From Bugula neritina (taxonomy: Eukaryota; Animalia; Bryozoa), in NCBI GenBank assembly GCA_964035545.1, contig OZ037765.1, positions 930,001 to 994,000 on the forward strand: a DNA stretch of 64,000 nucleotides, read 5' to 3'. Shown in pieces: positions 46,368-59,400 of the stretch. A model generated the notes under the pieces. It had not been told where the DNA came from and did no database searches. It saw only the letters and a list, made by a program, of their open reading frames with translations. Both the position numbers and the translations under genes were made by a program. The first letter of the stretch is position 1, and the number at the start of each line of letters is the position of its first letter.

Positions 46368-47842
46368 GTCTATATAGTTGATAATAGCCATTATTGCTAA
46401 CTGGTTGTTTACACAATGGTATGTTAAATGCTAGCTTACAAAATAGCTAAATGTTTTCATGAGTTTCAACCGAACTTTCAACATATGATTTTAATGTTGG
46501 TGATTAAACTGTTTCACCTTTGATACGTGTATGCACTACTTGCAGATTTCTTTACAATGATCCATCTATAATAAATAACATGTATTGAAGTAGCTATATT
46601 ATTAGGAGCAACTTATTATATAGACACCAGGTACCACATGTTTTATGTTAAGGCTTACATAAGTCCTGAAGGAGTTATCTAGTAGTACTATTGGGAAAGA
46701 CATCCAATCAAAATTACCTATGAATACACGGTGTCAGCATGGATTGTACATATAGCGTAGGAGGACAATAGCCCTCAAAAACTTACCTTAACCCCTTAAT
46801 AAAATAATGGTAATAGAAATGAGATAACAACGAAAAAGACCGAGTCGCTCATAAAATTGGTCAACATGTTAATATTGCGTTATGTAAATACGAAAAATCT
46901 ATTTACAAAACCCCAAAGCCAAGCAGATTTTAAACTTAGACACAGGCTTTGATAAATATAATATGTTCAACATGATTGGTTAAATTTTTTTCTTTAAATT
47001 AATAAATTGGTTTTGTTATGAAAAAAGGAACTTTAAACTTGGCAATTGTGTTTGTGAAAGTTGTTGATGATCACGTGACATATTATGTCAGACTCTATTG
47101 TTAGATATTGTATAGCTTTTGTTGGAATAAAGGGTTAAAGGTCACACTTTGTATAGGAATGAGTGACTCACAGAGCTACGATTTCTACTGTACAGAACTC
47201 TAATCAACTCATTGAATATCAGGATCTACAAGGAAGTAACGCTGCAGTAGAACACTACTAAGTGGAAACTAGCTGATTTCTTTGTATTTTACTTCTGTGG
47301 CTGCTGTAGCTCATTCATTTCACACCAGCACGTGAGATTTTGAACTATCAGGTTAGTAAAACACTCATCTTACTTTTATTCACAAGTAAAAGACAAGTTC
47401 CACAATGCACCGGGTGTCAATAAAGCTGATGATCATCTTTCACATTCGGTATAGCAAAAACATCATAAAGTAAAATATGCAAATATTTGAATTACCTTTA
47501 TAGTTGACTAGCTTTGCGAATAAATGCAAATATAATAGGATATTTTTAGAGCAACGTTTGTTATAAAAGTAGATAGTGGGGCAGTTGTGTTTTGGTGGTT
47601 AGAACACTGGCTCAGTAAATTATACATTTGGTTTTAGGTCTAACGACTTATCAATAGGGATGCCAGAAAATTATTCCCGTGCTGCTTTCAAACTATTTTT
47701 CTACATGGTGAGGGGACTTTTGCCCCCCCCTCCCTTAAAACAACTCCTTGGCATCAGTGGTTCTAACTAGTATTGGCACTGTACAACTAAATATTCAAAC
47801 TTGTATTAGAATAACTTCATTTATCCAGAAACTACTCAACAC

Positions 47843-50800
47843 ATGATGGCTGACACCAGAGTAGTGAAAAGGAGGCTAAACAACTCATACAGATGTGGAT
47901 ACTGCTGTCAACATTTTAATAAACTTGAAGATCCCAGGACCCTCCCCTGTCTGCATGTCTACTGTATGGGTTGTTTAAAGACGGATATCGGCTACAGGAA
48001 AACCCATATCAAATGTGCATACTGCTGGTGAGTCGGTTTCTATATGTTATACAGCATGCGTGTGTATTTAATTTAAAATGGAGTTATTTAATTTGAAAAT
48101 TATTGTAATAATAATGCTTGTATATGTTGCTATAATTTTTTAATTGGGCAAATATCAGAATAAAAGCCTAATTTTCAACAAATTGATTCTGCATACTATA
48201 CGACTCATTTAGATTTTAGAGGCTTTCATAGTTTGTCCAGAAGCTCTGAACTAAAATGTGCTGAACTTCAATGGGGCACCTGTTAGACTATTTGTTAGGC
48301 TAGGGACTTGCTTTTCAAGTTAAGGACTTAGGCTATGCCTGTTAAGCTAGTATACTACTACTATATATCTTAGTATATATGTAACGAATAGTTCCTGGTA
48401 CAGTAGACGCTGTGATATATTGTATAGAATACAGATTCTAGATTAATATACACCAGCTGGTTACCCCATTTCATGTCCTGTTCTAGTCAAAAGGTCACTC
48501 ACATGTCAGAGTTACACAGATATTGCATAGTTTAGCTGCTAACTACATCTAGTGTTGATGAGTTAGATTGATATATTATCAAAACTAATTATATTGTAAC
48601 TAACTGAGTACAATACCATCAATACATTGAATTGCTGCACAAGCCATTGTAGAAAAATTTTGTAAAGCTTTTATATAACCTCATTATCCTGATGCGCAGT
48701 TTCACCTCTTGAAAAGCTAAATATAACGAGTCATACAGCTTAAGTTATATTCCGCTAAACAACTAAAGGGTTATGGCCAAGACTATCAAATTTGTTTGGA
48801 GACATTAACTGCCTTATTCTAGTGTAGGCTATATATAAGGTCATGTAATTAAATCTTCTTTCAAATGACTGCTATTGGACATGCGGTTTCTTTGGCACTC
48901 TAACTTTAAAGCAGGTTCCTACAGTAAAAATTGAATAAAAAATACAATCTGTTTTTGCAACATCAAAACAGAAGCATTAAAACTTTTGGTGCGTTGAAAA
49001 AATTCACATACTAATTCAATATGCACAGCCATAACTTCACACAAGCACCATCATTTTACAATCCTTGCTCTTCCAGTTGATACTAAAGATGCTACAGACT
49101 TTAAACTAGATTTTCCTAAAAGATTCAGTTGATGGGTGTAAACTGTGTCTACCAACCAGCTAGTGCTAACATCAACCAAACCTAAGGCTATAGTTTTAAG
49201 ATTGCAGGCTAACCATATTCATCTTGCTTACTAAAGCTCCTATTATCTAAACGTAGTAAAAATAGATGACTGTATTTTCTGACTGAATAGTTCAGTTCAT
49301 AAAGCCAACTTATGTTTGCAGCAAGAAATTCTATGACATCACCGATCCCACAACTCTACCGGTAGCCAAGTTTGGTGATCCAATAGAATATAGATCTCCA
49401 CCCAAACCTGTGCCCATTCCATGTGATGTTTGTGAAGATGGAACAGAAGCTGTAGTGTTCTGCGTGGAGAGTGAGAAGAAATTGTGTGAACAGCATCAGC
49501 ATGTGAGTTGGTTACAGTGAATTTAATTTAGTCATTTTGTAAACCAAACAATATAGAAATTCTCCTTGTTGTATTATAGCTTTATCCCTATACAAGTTTT
49601 TGAAAAAAAAGCTTTCAGAGAAAAGCTATAAAAAGCTTTGAGTTAATTGACTAATGTCTTTGTATGTACTGTTTCACTCTCTGCATGTACTACTCTACTA
49701 TTCAACATGTTATGTGTACAACAAATCTTATTTATCTTCGTTCTAAACCAATTACATTCCTTTCTATGAGAGTGTCATAATAACTGAAATAAACTAATAT
49801 ATCAAATGACTATATATATAACCAGTATTCATGAAACATCAACCTCTCCTTTTATTGCTTGAAAATGAAAAACAACAATAAAATGTTTAAAGGATAAAAT
49901 GTATACACTTTAGTTTTTACTTTTAGAACCACAAAGAACATATGAAAGTTTACATGGACACTGCTCACCATTTTGTCCCCGTTCATATTTACTCAGCAAG
50001 TCCCAAGAGATACGCTACAGCTAAATGTGAACAACATAAAAATTATCAGCTGACAGAGGCGTGTTCTGAGTGTCACCAGAGATTCTGTATTCGGTGTGAC
50101 TCCAAGAGTGGATGTGGAGATGTAGCAGGTGATATTCAGCTCTACTATTTACTTTTTATATATTCTATTAATTTAAAACTGTAAAAATTATTTATAAAAT
50201 GTAGAGAGGAGACAGGTAAACCAAGTTTTGGGTATTCATTGTTACCAGCGAACATGTGGTTATATTGTGTATTGTTTTAGGCCAGAATACACATTCTCAC
50301 AGCATAGCATCTCTATATGATTTATCCCGTGAGCTGAGAGACAGGCTGGTTAACCAAACGGAGGCTTTATCTGAGAAGATCTCAGTGTTAAATGACCTTT
50401 CCAAGGACGCTTGGAGAGATTTTAGTGAACTAGAAGGAGATGCTAAGAAGATGCTTATTAAAGTGGACCAGATAGCTAATGCAAAGGTATACGCATAAAA
50501 TTTGTTAAACAGTTTGGAAGAAGATTCAACAGTACCGCGGCCTGCATTACCGCAGCTACTTTAATTGCAGCAAAAAGGAATTTCTTAGAAAATCTGAAAT
50601 TTATATAATTATAGTTTTGTATTGTCTTTTAGGCAGTATATGTGTGATAGAGTGATTTTATCTGCTGTAGTTTACAGTATAGAAATAATTGCAGATCTGG
50701 TTTTAATGTGTTCCTATTTGTAGATAGAAGAAATTAAATCTCACTCACAGAAGCTGAAAGAAGAGATACGAGAGTATATGAGAGAGAGTGGTAAGGTAGT

Positions 50801-53541
50801 AGATGAGTACAGAATAGACTTAGCTTTGAACAAGACATTAGACAAAGTAACTCTGTTAGATTCTGCACAGCATATGGTTGATGAATTCAATGATGCGGAA
50901 ATTTTAAAAGCCTACAAAAAGACAAGCAAAGACGTGGAGGCTGTATCAGACATCAGTATGGTTGAGAAATGTCTGGTATCTCGCAAAGTCTTGGTTCCTA
51001 GAAGTAAGTACAATCATCTTCATATAAAAACCTAGCCATGGTCTGCAGATTTAAAGTTAGTTCTAAGGAATTAGAGCTAATGCAGTTATGTTTTGAGATT
51101 TGGCCAATGTTTGTCTTTACATGAGTCAGTTTTGAAATACTACATTTGACATGCAAAGATCATTTCCTTCCTGTTGTAGTTCTCAGTCATTTGAAAAATG
51201 GTTCTTGATCTTTGAGATTTTCCTGATGTTTATGAAAAATAGTTTAAGACTTGACTGTGTGTTTAATTTTGAGATCCCATTTTATCTATGTTCATCACGA
51301 GTTACTTACAACTATGGCAACTTTAGTTTGAGTTTCTACATTTCAAATGGTCTCAACTTGTAGTCTCATTCATTTCCCACTTACTTAGCTAATGTTAGAA
51401 GATATGCTGCTATCTGCCTCAGACTATAGCCTTTAGAAGTGATGCTATCATGTTGTAGCAGATGAGGAAGATGGGTTAGGGTTGAAGTTGGTGCAGCCAC
51501 CAGCTTCTCTACTGTTTGAGGGACTCTCGGCGAATGGAGGATGTTGGACTGTAAGCGTTACATCTGCCGGAAATCTCATGTGCCGAACAGTAGATGGAGT
51601 AGAAGTAAAAAACACAGACATTCTCTATACAATCAGAACGGTGAGAGACACCAACACTATAGTGTGGGGAGAAGTCATTCAATCTGAAAATGCAATGATT
51701 GGAAGCTGCTATAACAAGAGGGAGAAAGTAGCAAAAGTTTTCCTTCTTGACTCAATTTCCCTTCAGAAAACCCAAACACTCTATAAACACCCAGTAGACA
51801 AACTCACTCACTGTAGAATAGCTCAGTTCAATTCCACAGTCTATATTCTAAACTGGAGAGAGGGGCAGCTAGTAGTATGCTCTCTGTTAAATGACAACAA
51901 GAAAAAGCTACCTATTCCTGGGATGGAAAACCCCGGAAGTTTATGCGTCTTACCGGACGCTACTTTGCTAATAGGAGAATCCACTGCAGATGGTAGAGTG
52001 AGTAGATACAAAATAGAAAATTCCAAACTCACTCAACTGTGGAATTATCCCCACATTCCGAGACCAACTGGCATATCTTATGACCCAATATCTGGACTGA
52101 TTCATATCTGCACATTGCAAGAACCTCTTTTCATCCTTTCTATTGAAGGTAAATTGACAAACTATTCACTGAGTCTGCTGAATTTGTTATTTCATTTAAT
52201 TCTTTTTAAGTGATATTTTGTAGTAAATGATTGCATAATAGCATAGCTAGACAAACTCATACATAGGCTATACATAGTTTGTAGTTATCTACCCCATGCA
52301 GGCTACATGTAGTTTGTAGTTATCTACCCCATACAGGCTACATGTAGTTTGTAGTTATCTACCCCATACAGGCTACATGTAGTTTGTAGTTATCTACCCC
52401 ATGCAGGCTACATGTAGTTTGTAGTTATCTACCCCATACAGGCTACATGTAGTTTGTAGTTATCTACCCCATACAGGCTACATGTAGTTTGTAGTTATCT
52501 ACCCCATACAGGCTACATGTAGTTTGTAGTTATCTACCCCATACAGGCTACATGTAGTTTGTAGTTATCTACCCCATACAGGCTACATGTAGTTTGTAGT
52601 TATCTACCCCATGCAGGCTACATGTAGTTTGTAGTTATCTACCCCATACAGGCTACATGTAGTTTGTAGTTATCTACCCCATGCAGGCTACATGTAGTTT
52701 GTAGTTATCTACCCCATACAGGCTACATGTAGTTTGTAGTTGTCTACCAATTACAGTTATCATGAGTAAAAAGGGTTTAGCCTTTAAAAATAATCTATAA
52801 AAAGCAGTGAGCTATTCTATTTATGAGTAAATTGTGTGAATTGTATGTGCACTGTATTTTATTGGGAAAATGTTTCAGAAATAGGCTGGATTTTTACAGC
52901 CGTCATTTTACGTAGTTGGTTTTTATTTTATTTCTATATTTTAAAATGAATATACAATTCATGGCTGAAATCAATTGATGTAGTGTACTACAATAATATA
53001 TATAATAATATAATAAAATATATTGTATAGCATATTATTATATACTTTGCTATAATATATTATATACATATACATATTAGGATGTATTATACAATATATC
53101 AAATATTATATCATATAATATATTATATAATATATTATGTAATATACTATATGATATATTACATAATATAGTGTATAATATATTACATAATACATGATAT
53201 AATATATTACATAATATATCATATAATATATTATATACTATATTATGTAATATATTATATAATATATCAAGTAATATATTATATAATATGTTATACAATA
53301 TATCAAGTAATATTTTATATAATATATTATGTAATATATTATATAATATATTATATAATATAGTATATAATATATTATATGATATAATGATATAATATTA
53401 TCAACAGGTGAGCTGATCCAAACTATTGGCCGTGAAAGTCTTGACATGAATGACTCAGTGTGTGACATAGCTGTATACAAAGATAAAGTGTTTCTGGGAT
53501 GTGATAACGATGGCGTGAGGAAGTACACAATGAAATACTAA
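47843..53541 (+). CDS. TRIM E3 ubiquitin ligase copy B (tandem paralog of copy A), 624 aa
   Basis: Exons 47843-48027, 49322-49502, 49927-50128, 50281-50486, 50724-51003, 51462-52148, 53408-53541; 1875 nt. Same intron phases and nearly the same exon lengths as copy A. Confidence 0.92.
52260..52749. repeat. 35-nt minisatellite (at[a/g]caggctacatgtagtttgtagttatctacccc), about 14 copies
   Basis: Visible directly, in TRIM-B intron 6. Confidence 0.97.
52990..53400. repeat. AT-rich low-complexity tract (ataatatatt-like)
   Basis: Visible directly; it abuts the last TRIM-B acceptor. Confidence 0.85.
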
Positions 53542-55132
53542 ACTTATCAGTCATAACTCAGTCAAAATTGATAGGGAGTTAGGTGCCCTTGTTTATATTG
53601 TATGCAGAAGTTGTATGCTCTTTATTCTTTGATATTTTTCTTAGTTGGATTCTATACTCTAGTTTTACATAATTTTCTTTTTCTTCTTGTATTTCCAGAT
53701 GAATCAATAAATATATAAACACTGAGAATAAATAAAACTTTTCCTTGTTCATAAAATAGCAATGCATGCTATCACAAGAATAATAGAAGATAGCCATGCA
53801 GGCATTAGGTAGACAACAAGCTAAAATAACCAAGAGAAATACTGTAGATTATACAAAGTAAAACATAGCAAGCTACTGTAACTAAAGGAAAGTTCTTATA
53901 TAGGTACATAATGTAGCAAGTTGATGCAAGGTAGAATATAACATAGCTGGTAGTATAAGGAGGTTAGCAGTAGATAACTGGATAGCATTGGCTAAGGTCA
54001 AGGTTTGACCTACAAACATTAGAGTACCTATCAGCTTGATTATCAGGCTAGGGACACTGAAGATGGCACAAGGAGCTGCAGCAGTTTAACATATAAACTG
54101 TGAAGTAAGTCCAACGCAATGTCTTAACAGATAAAATGACAAGTTAGGGGTAAACAGAAGTTGTGTTCTCCTGACATATTGAGAGATTCGAGTCATGTCG
54201 GCAAGGATAGAAAGCTTTAGATGTGCAACTCTCTATGTGTGGAGCAGGAGGAGGTAGGTTTCATGTTATTGGCTAATTATGTGGGTGGTTAGCTGACCTA
54301 GATATTATAGTTGAACCAATAAAAAATAGATGCACAAAATTCCGTTTTCAACTAAGGTAAATCACAACACAATGTTTTTGTTAAGTTTAATTAGAACTGT
54401 TGGGAGATGCCAACCTCTATTCCATGTAGATTCAGTGCGATAATACTAAAACAGTAAGATGTGCATAGGTCTGAGATTGAGAAAGTGTACAAGCAGAGTA
54501 AACATGAAGTACCTACAAGTTGTAGTGTGGGCAGCACTTTAAAATATACTACAGTTAGAAATACAGACCACAAGTTTCTACAGTGTGTAACTCACCCCAA
54601 AACTTCTGCCAAGGGTTTAGATATGGTCTCCCAGTCTGCAATATTTTAAGTTTTGAGCAGTGCATCGAGTAAAGCAAGATATATGCCAACCAATCGATGT
54701 TTAGAATGGTGGGGGAGTTGGTGCGCTATTAATAGTTACTTTGTAGGCGTGTCCTTGCAAATAGCACTTAGTTGAGGCGGTGTAATAGCTAAGTCTTAAT
54801 GGTGTGCCAAAATCTATCCACTGAAACTTATTGAATTATAATATTAATTTATTATATTATATCTTATATATTATATTTCATAAAGTTAAACATAATAATT
54901 ATGCAATGAAGATATTTTCTTGGTTTAGTTATAATAATATAATGCAAAAAACATGCAAGATGGATATAATAATCTGTTAGTTTTATAAAATTATTAGTTG
55001 ATTATATATTATTGAATATCAATTTCAAAATAACTGAAAATAAAGCTGCAATGTTCATTCAAACTGTAATAAATTAGTTTTTAGTTATTGCATGTATTTT
55101 TTAAACATGGACATCATATATATATATATATA

Positions 55133-55206
55133 TTGCATATGTTGCATATGTTGCATATGTTGCATATGTTGCATATGTTGCATATGTTGCATATGTTGCC
55201 TATGTT
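55133..55206. repeat. 9-nt tandem repeat (ttgcatatg), about 8 copies
   Basis: Visible directly. Confidence 0.95.
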
Positions 55207-56380
55207 GGACGTATGAATTTGATGAAAATCTGCAAATTTAATCAATTGTTGATTCCATTGAATCTTTGATTTATTATTTGACTTGAACTTGGGTTAAAAA
55301 TTTTCTAATCACTTGATTTCAAAAAGTTCTGTTGCTCATAGTTAAAGATATATAGAACACTTACTTAGTTAGCAAAAGCTAGAGATGTCTACTAAATGCG
55401 TATAGAGATGTATAAACGGATTGTAAGCAAAAAGCCTTTATATTAAGCTTTGTCTAAATAGTCCTTTATGAGTTGATATGTTAATAATAGGTGAGACTAG
55501 TTTTACAGTCGGCTAAAATAACTATCTTTATAAATCTGCTACTAAAAGAGAGTTTCCTCAAAATATTTATGAGTCATAATCAGTTTTAAGGTTAGAATCT
55601 AGATCTATCAAGTCATGTTGAAGCATGAAATACAGAACTGAAATCTTAAATACATAAAAATAAGGTTTTTAAATATATTACAGATATGGAGCAGCCATGT
55701 TCTAGTGGCTGACTCAGAGTGACAAGAGTTGAGTCCTGGTTGCTAGGGATTTCTGGAAAAGCATCAGAGCGTAAGTGCAAAACCTCTTAAACTATGTTGC
55801 CAGCTTGCTTTTTCTCCAGGGGTTTTTACAGAGGTGGAAACTTTAAACAGACATGGGTTGTGTTAAGTATAGAGATAATGATAGTTGGCACTGGCTACAT
55901 TAAAGTAAATCAAGCTAACATATTAGTCAGTAAAATCTATTCACATCAACAGTCACGAGGTGCAATCATATTCAGGATGTATCAAACTGAACTTAGGATT
56001 CTGTAACCCTTATTATTATTACTGATTGTATTAAGAAATGCTACTATATACCAAAGAAATGCTTTTTTGCAACAAACAAGCAGTTTCATCACTTGTTTAC
56101 ATGAGATTCTTTCCATAGTATTGAATTTGCAAACATGCAGGCAGTGGCATCACAACATGGCCCATTGTGACATGACAACATGGAATATTGTGTTATTTGT
56201 TTCCCAACTTCTGAGCTTCCAATAAAATTTGAAATAACAGGTTACAACAACAAACATTTCTTTAGGTTGCGAAACATTTTCGCAGTAAAAAGTACAAATA
56301 ATTCCTTGAGTGACAATATGGGACATGAACATGCAGCCTAACACGATAGCGTAACCACTCATCCGTGACATAAACACAAG

Positions 56381-56387
56381 TATAAAA
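56381..56387 (+). promoter_or_regulatory. TATA box of the lipoxygenase gene
   Basis: gTATAAAAg 60 nt upstream of the ATG at 56441. Confidence 0.55.
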
Positions 56388-56440
56388 GAAGGAGCTGTAA
56401 GCCACTGTCTCTCATATTTCAAACTCAACAGTCAAGAAAC

Positions 56441-59400
56441 ATGGGAGCTGACTTAGGTAAAGACAAGCCAACACATCAGGTGTTTGTATACACAGGAGAC
56501 AAGAAAGGGGGCTCGGTACGAAATATTACGGTAAGTTGTCCAACACTTCTGTTCCAAGTTAAATAGTTATTGTTTATTATATTGTTTGTAAACTGAAAAT
56601 TATTGTATAAACTATTTGTTTTCAGTTTGTTAGTTCAATTTACAATTTTTAGTCTTGCTCTCTGAGAACTTTCACTTAACCGAGCATATCTCTAGCAAAT
56701 TGTTGACAAATAAACAACTGTCAATATTATAAAAGGAAAAGATTCATGCATTCATCACCACTTGTGTGTTCACATACACCAACCCTACACTTGATAAGTT
56801 AATGTGAATTTAATATGCATGTTTCAAACTATGTAATAAAACTAGTTTGTACTAGTAAATACCAGTTCACCTGTAGCTACGTACTCTTAGTATTTCATCA
56901 TAGTAAGTGGTCTTCTTCCATCAGTCATTTACACTTATGTGATGTTTGGCTGGGTTTCAACTTCCACACGTTTTGTAACTTGCAATAACATAAACTAAAC
57001 GTTATAATGCAAACCTAACATTCACAAAAATTGATTAGTTATTACATAATTCTGGTCAATAAATAAACTTTGTGAATTTCAAAACTACATATAATGAAAT
57101 CTTCAGTGATACACTTTGATGATTACCGTTTTTACTAGATCTATAGCATATACATTTTACTGATAGTTTTATTTTTTAACCGCCTTTTTCTTTTTATTTG
57201 AATTTTTCAGTTTCGTCACTTATTATTTTTTCTATCTTGAGGTTCAGTCTTAATATTTACATAGAACTAAGTGTATCTACTTTTTACTGAGGGGGCTTTA
57301 GACTACTCTCTCGTATGATTGACACCCATTGGGCTATAACTAATAACTATTTGACACCATTGCCTATGTCCATTATTATGGTGTAAAATGTAAACCTACT
57401 AAACAGGTCATACTGCCGCAGAAGAAGAGATTAAAATCATCTGTCCATTTTTGTGTCAAATAATTATGAAAGTCATGCTGATTATTATCTGACTATTACA
57501 TAATGTGTACATATTATCAGTAATGTATCATAATAGGAGTTGTAATACCGCACTAGTTGACTTGCTACTCATTATCTACAGGTTTTCCTGACGCTGACAG
57601 ACGTCTCTGGAGAGGTCAGCAAAGAGCAGAAGCTGACTAAGTGGTATGACAATGACTTTGGTAAATTGGATCGTGAGGAAATAGATTTGACGCTGCCTGG
57701 ATTCACCAAAATCACCGATATCGCTATTCGTCGAGGCGACGAAAGTGAAAAAGATGATTGGTAACTTATCAATGTTGCCTCCACTTTGTATTGTTTTATT
57801 CTTTATTTCTATCAGCTGTAACTGTAAAATTTTTACTTGGTTTTAATAACAATCAAACTTTTGGCATTGTTCTAGTTCATTCTCCCTACTTAATTGATCT
57901 AAGGAACTCTATTAACCTAGTCTCACATGGTGCTGCTGAATAATAATAAAGGAACTAACAAGCAGTTATAAGGCAAAAATTACACGCATCACACAAAGCA
58001 ATGCTACTATCTTATTACGTACGTTTTTAGCATAATTTATTCAAATGTCGAATTGTGATACGTAATATTTTCGGTTCTGCTATGCAGAATACACACAAAT
58101 TATTCTAGTTAGACAGACTTGCAACTCCAAACAAATAAATCCCTTTGCAGACGTATCAAACACTTTACAGGTACGTTGAGAGGATAGTGGTGGAGCACCA
58201 GAGCGATGACGGCGGGGTGCTACACTCGAGTATATTCCCGTTAAATAGATGGATACATGCTGGAGAAAAAATGAGCTTTGCAGAGTTTGATAGTTGTCTC
58301 CCTCAGTTTGATAAGTATTCTGCACAGAGGAAACAAGAGCTGCAGGAAATGAGAGAAGAGTATGTGTTGGTGCAGAAGATAGATGGAGCACCTCATCAGG
58401 TGAGGATGTATGACTCAATGAAAATGCAGACTGCTTGTAGATACTTTAGAATGTTTGTAGATACTCTATAATACATGTAAAGACTGTAGAATTTCTTTAA
58501 AAAAAATTGTATATTGTGTGCAGAAGTTGTAAGCATTGTGTAAAAATGGTAACTTGTTTATGAGATAATTTGTAAATTGTATTTCTTTCAACATCAAATT
58601 CTTCTTTCAGGTAGATGTCCTGCCTAGAAATGAAGAATTTACAACGAGATATTTTGTAAGTATAGTTTTGCGTCTACTAACCTCCTTTTCTAGTATTTAG
58701 TTTCAATGTTCTTGAAAAGTAAAAGGAGTACAAAAAACTGGTCAAGTCTCAATTTAAGTCAACTCAGCTGCTACTAAAAGAGTGGTTGGCTGCAGAATAA
58801 ATTCCAGTGCTGAAGCAGTCAATGAAGTTCTGCAGATAAGCATGTTCTAAATAGTGATCTGCTTCGAATTGACTTTGAATCTGTTATGTTACAGATAGAC
58901 GTGTCTGGGAGTCTTGCAGTAAGCGGCATAAAGACCGCAGTTGCCGGAGTATTCACTCAAGACTTTGATAGCCTCATAGACATTGAATCTCTGTATGAGG
59001 GAAAGTTTGCAACTCCAGAAGTAAGCTAGTTTTTTGAGCTCTTCACTGGCAGAATTATTTATTAAATGCATAGAGCTAATCAACACTATAAACTACTTTG
59101 TGTTTGACTTTGACTTTAACCATTAGCCTATTATAATTACAAGATGGTGTTTAGGGGTGGAGGGGTTTCAAACTGCCTTTGATTTTCACTGGACCTCATT
59201 GGTTCTTAAACATAAACTAGTGAGTCTCATTTTAAACATTGACTCTAAACTCTTTGATATAGCTATAACTGTTCTAGTAGGTCTGGCAATACAATCTTTG
59301 TCTGTAGGGTGTAAACCGGTGGAGAAGTGATGAAGAATTTGGTAATCAGAAGCTGGCCGGGTGTAATCCAGTTTTAATCAAGAAATGTCACGATGTGCCA

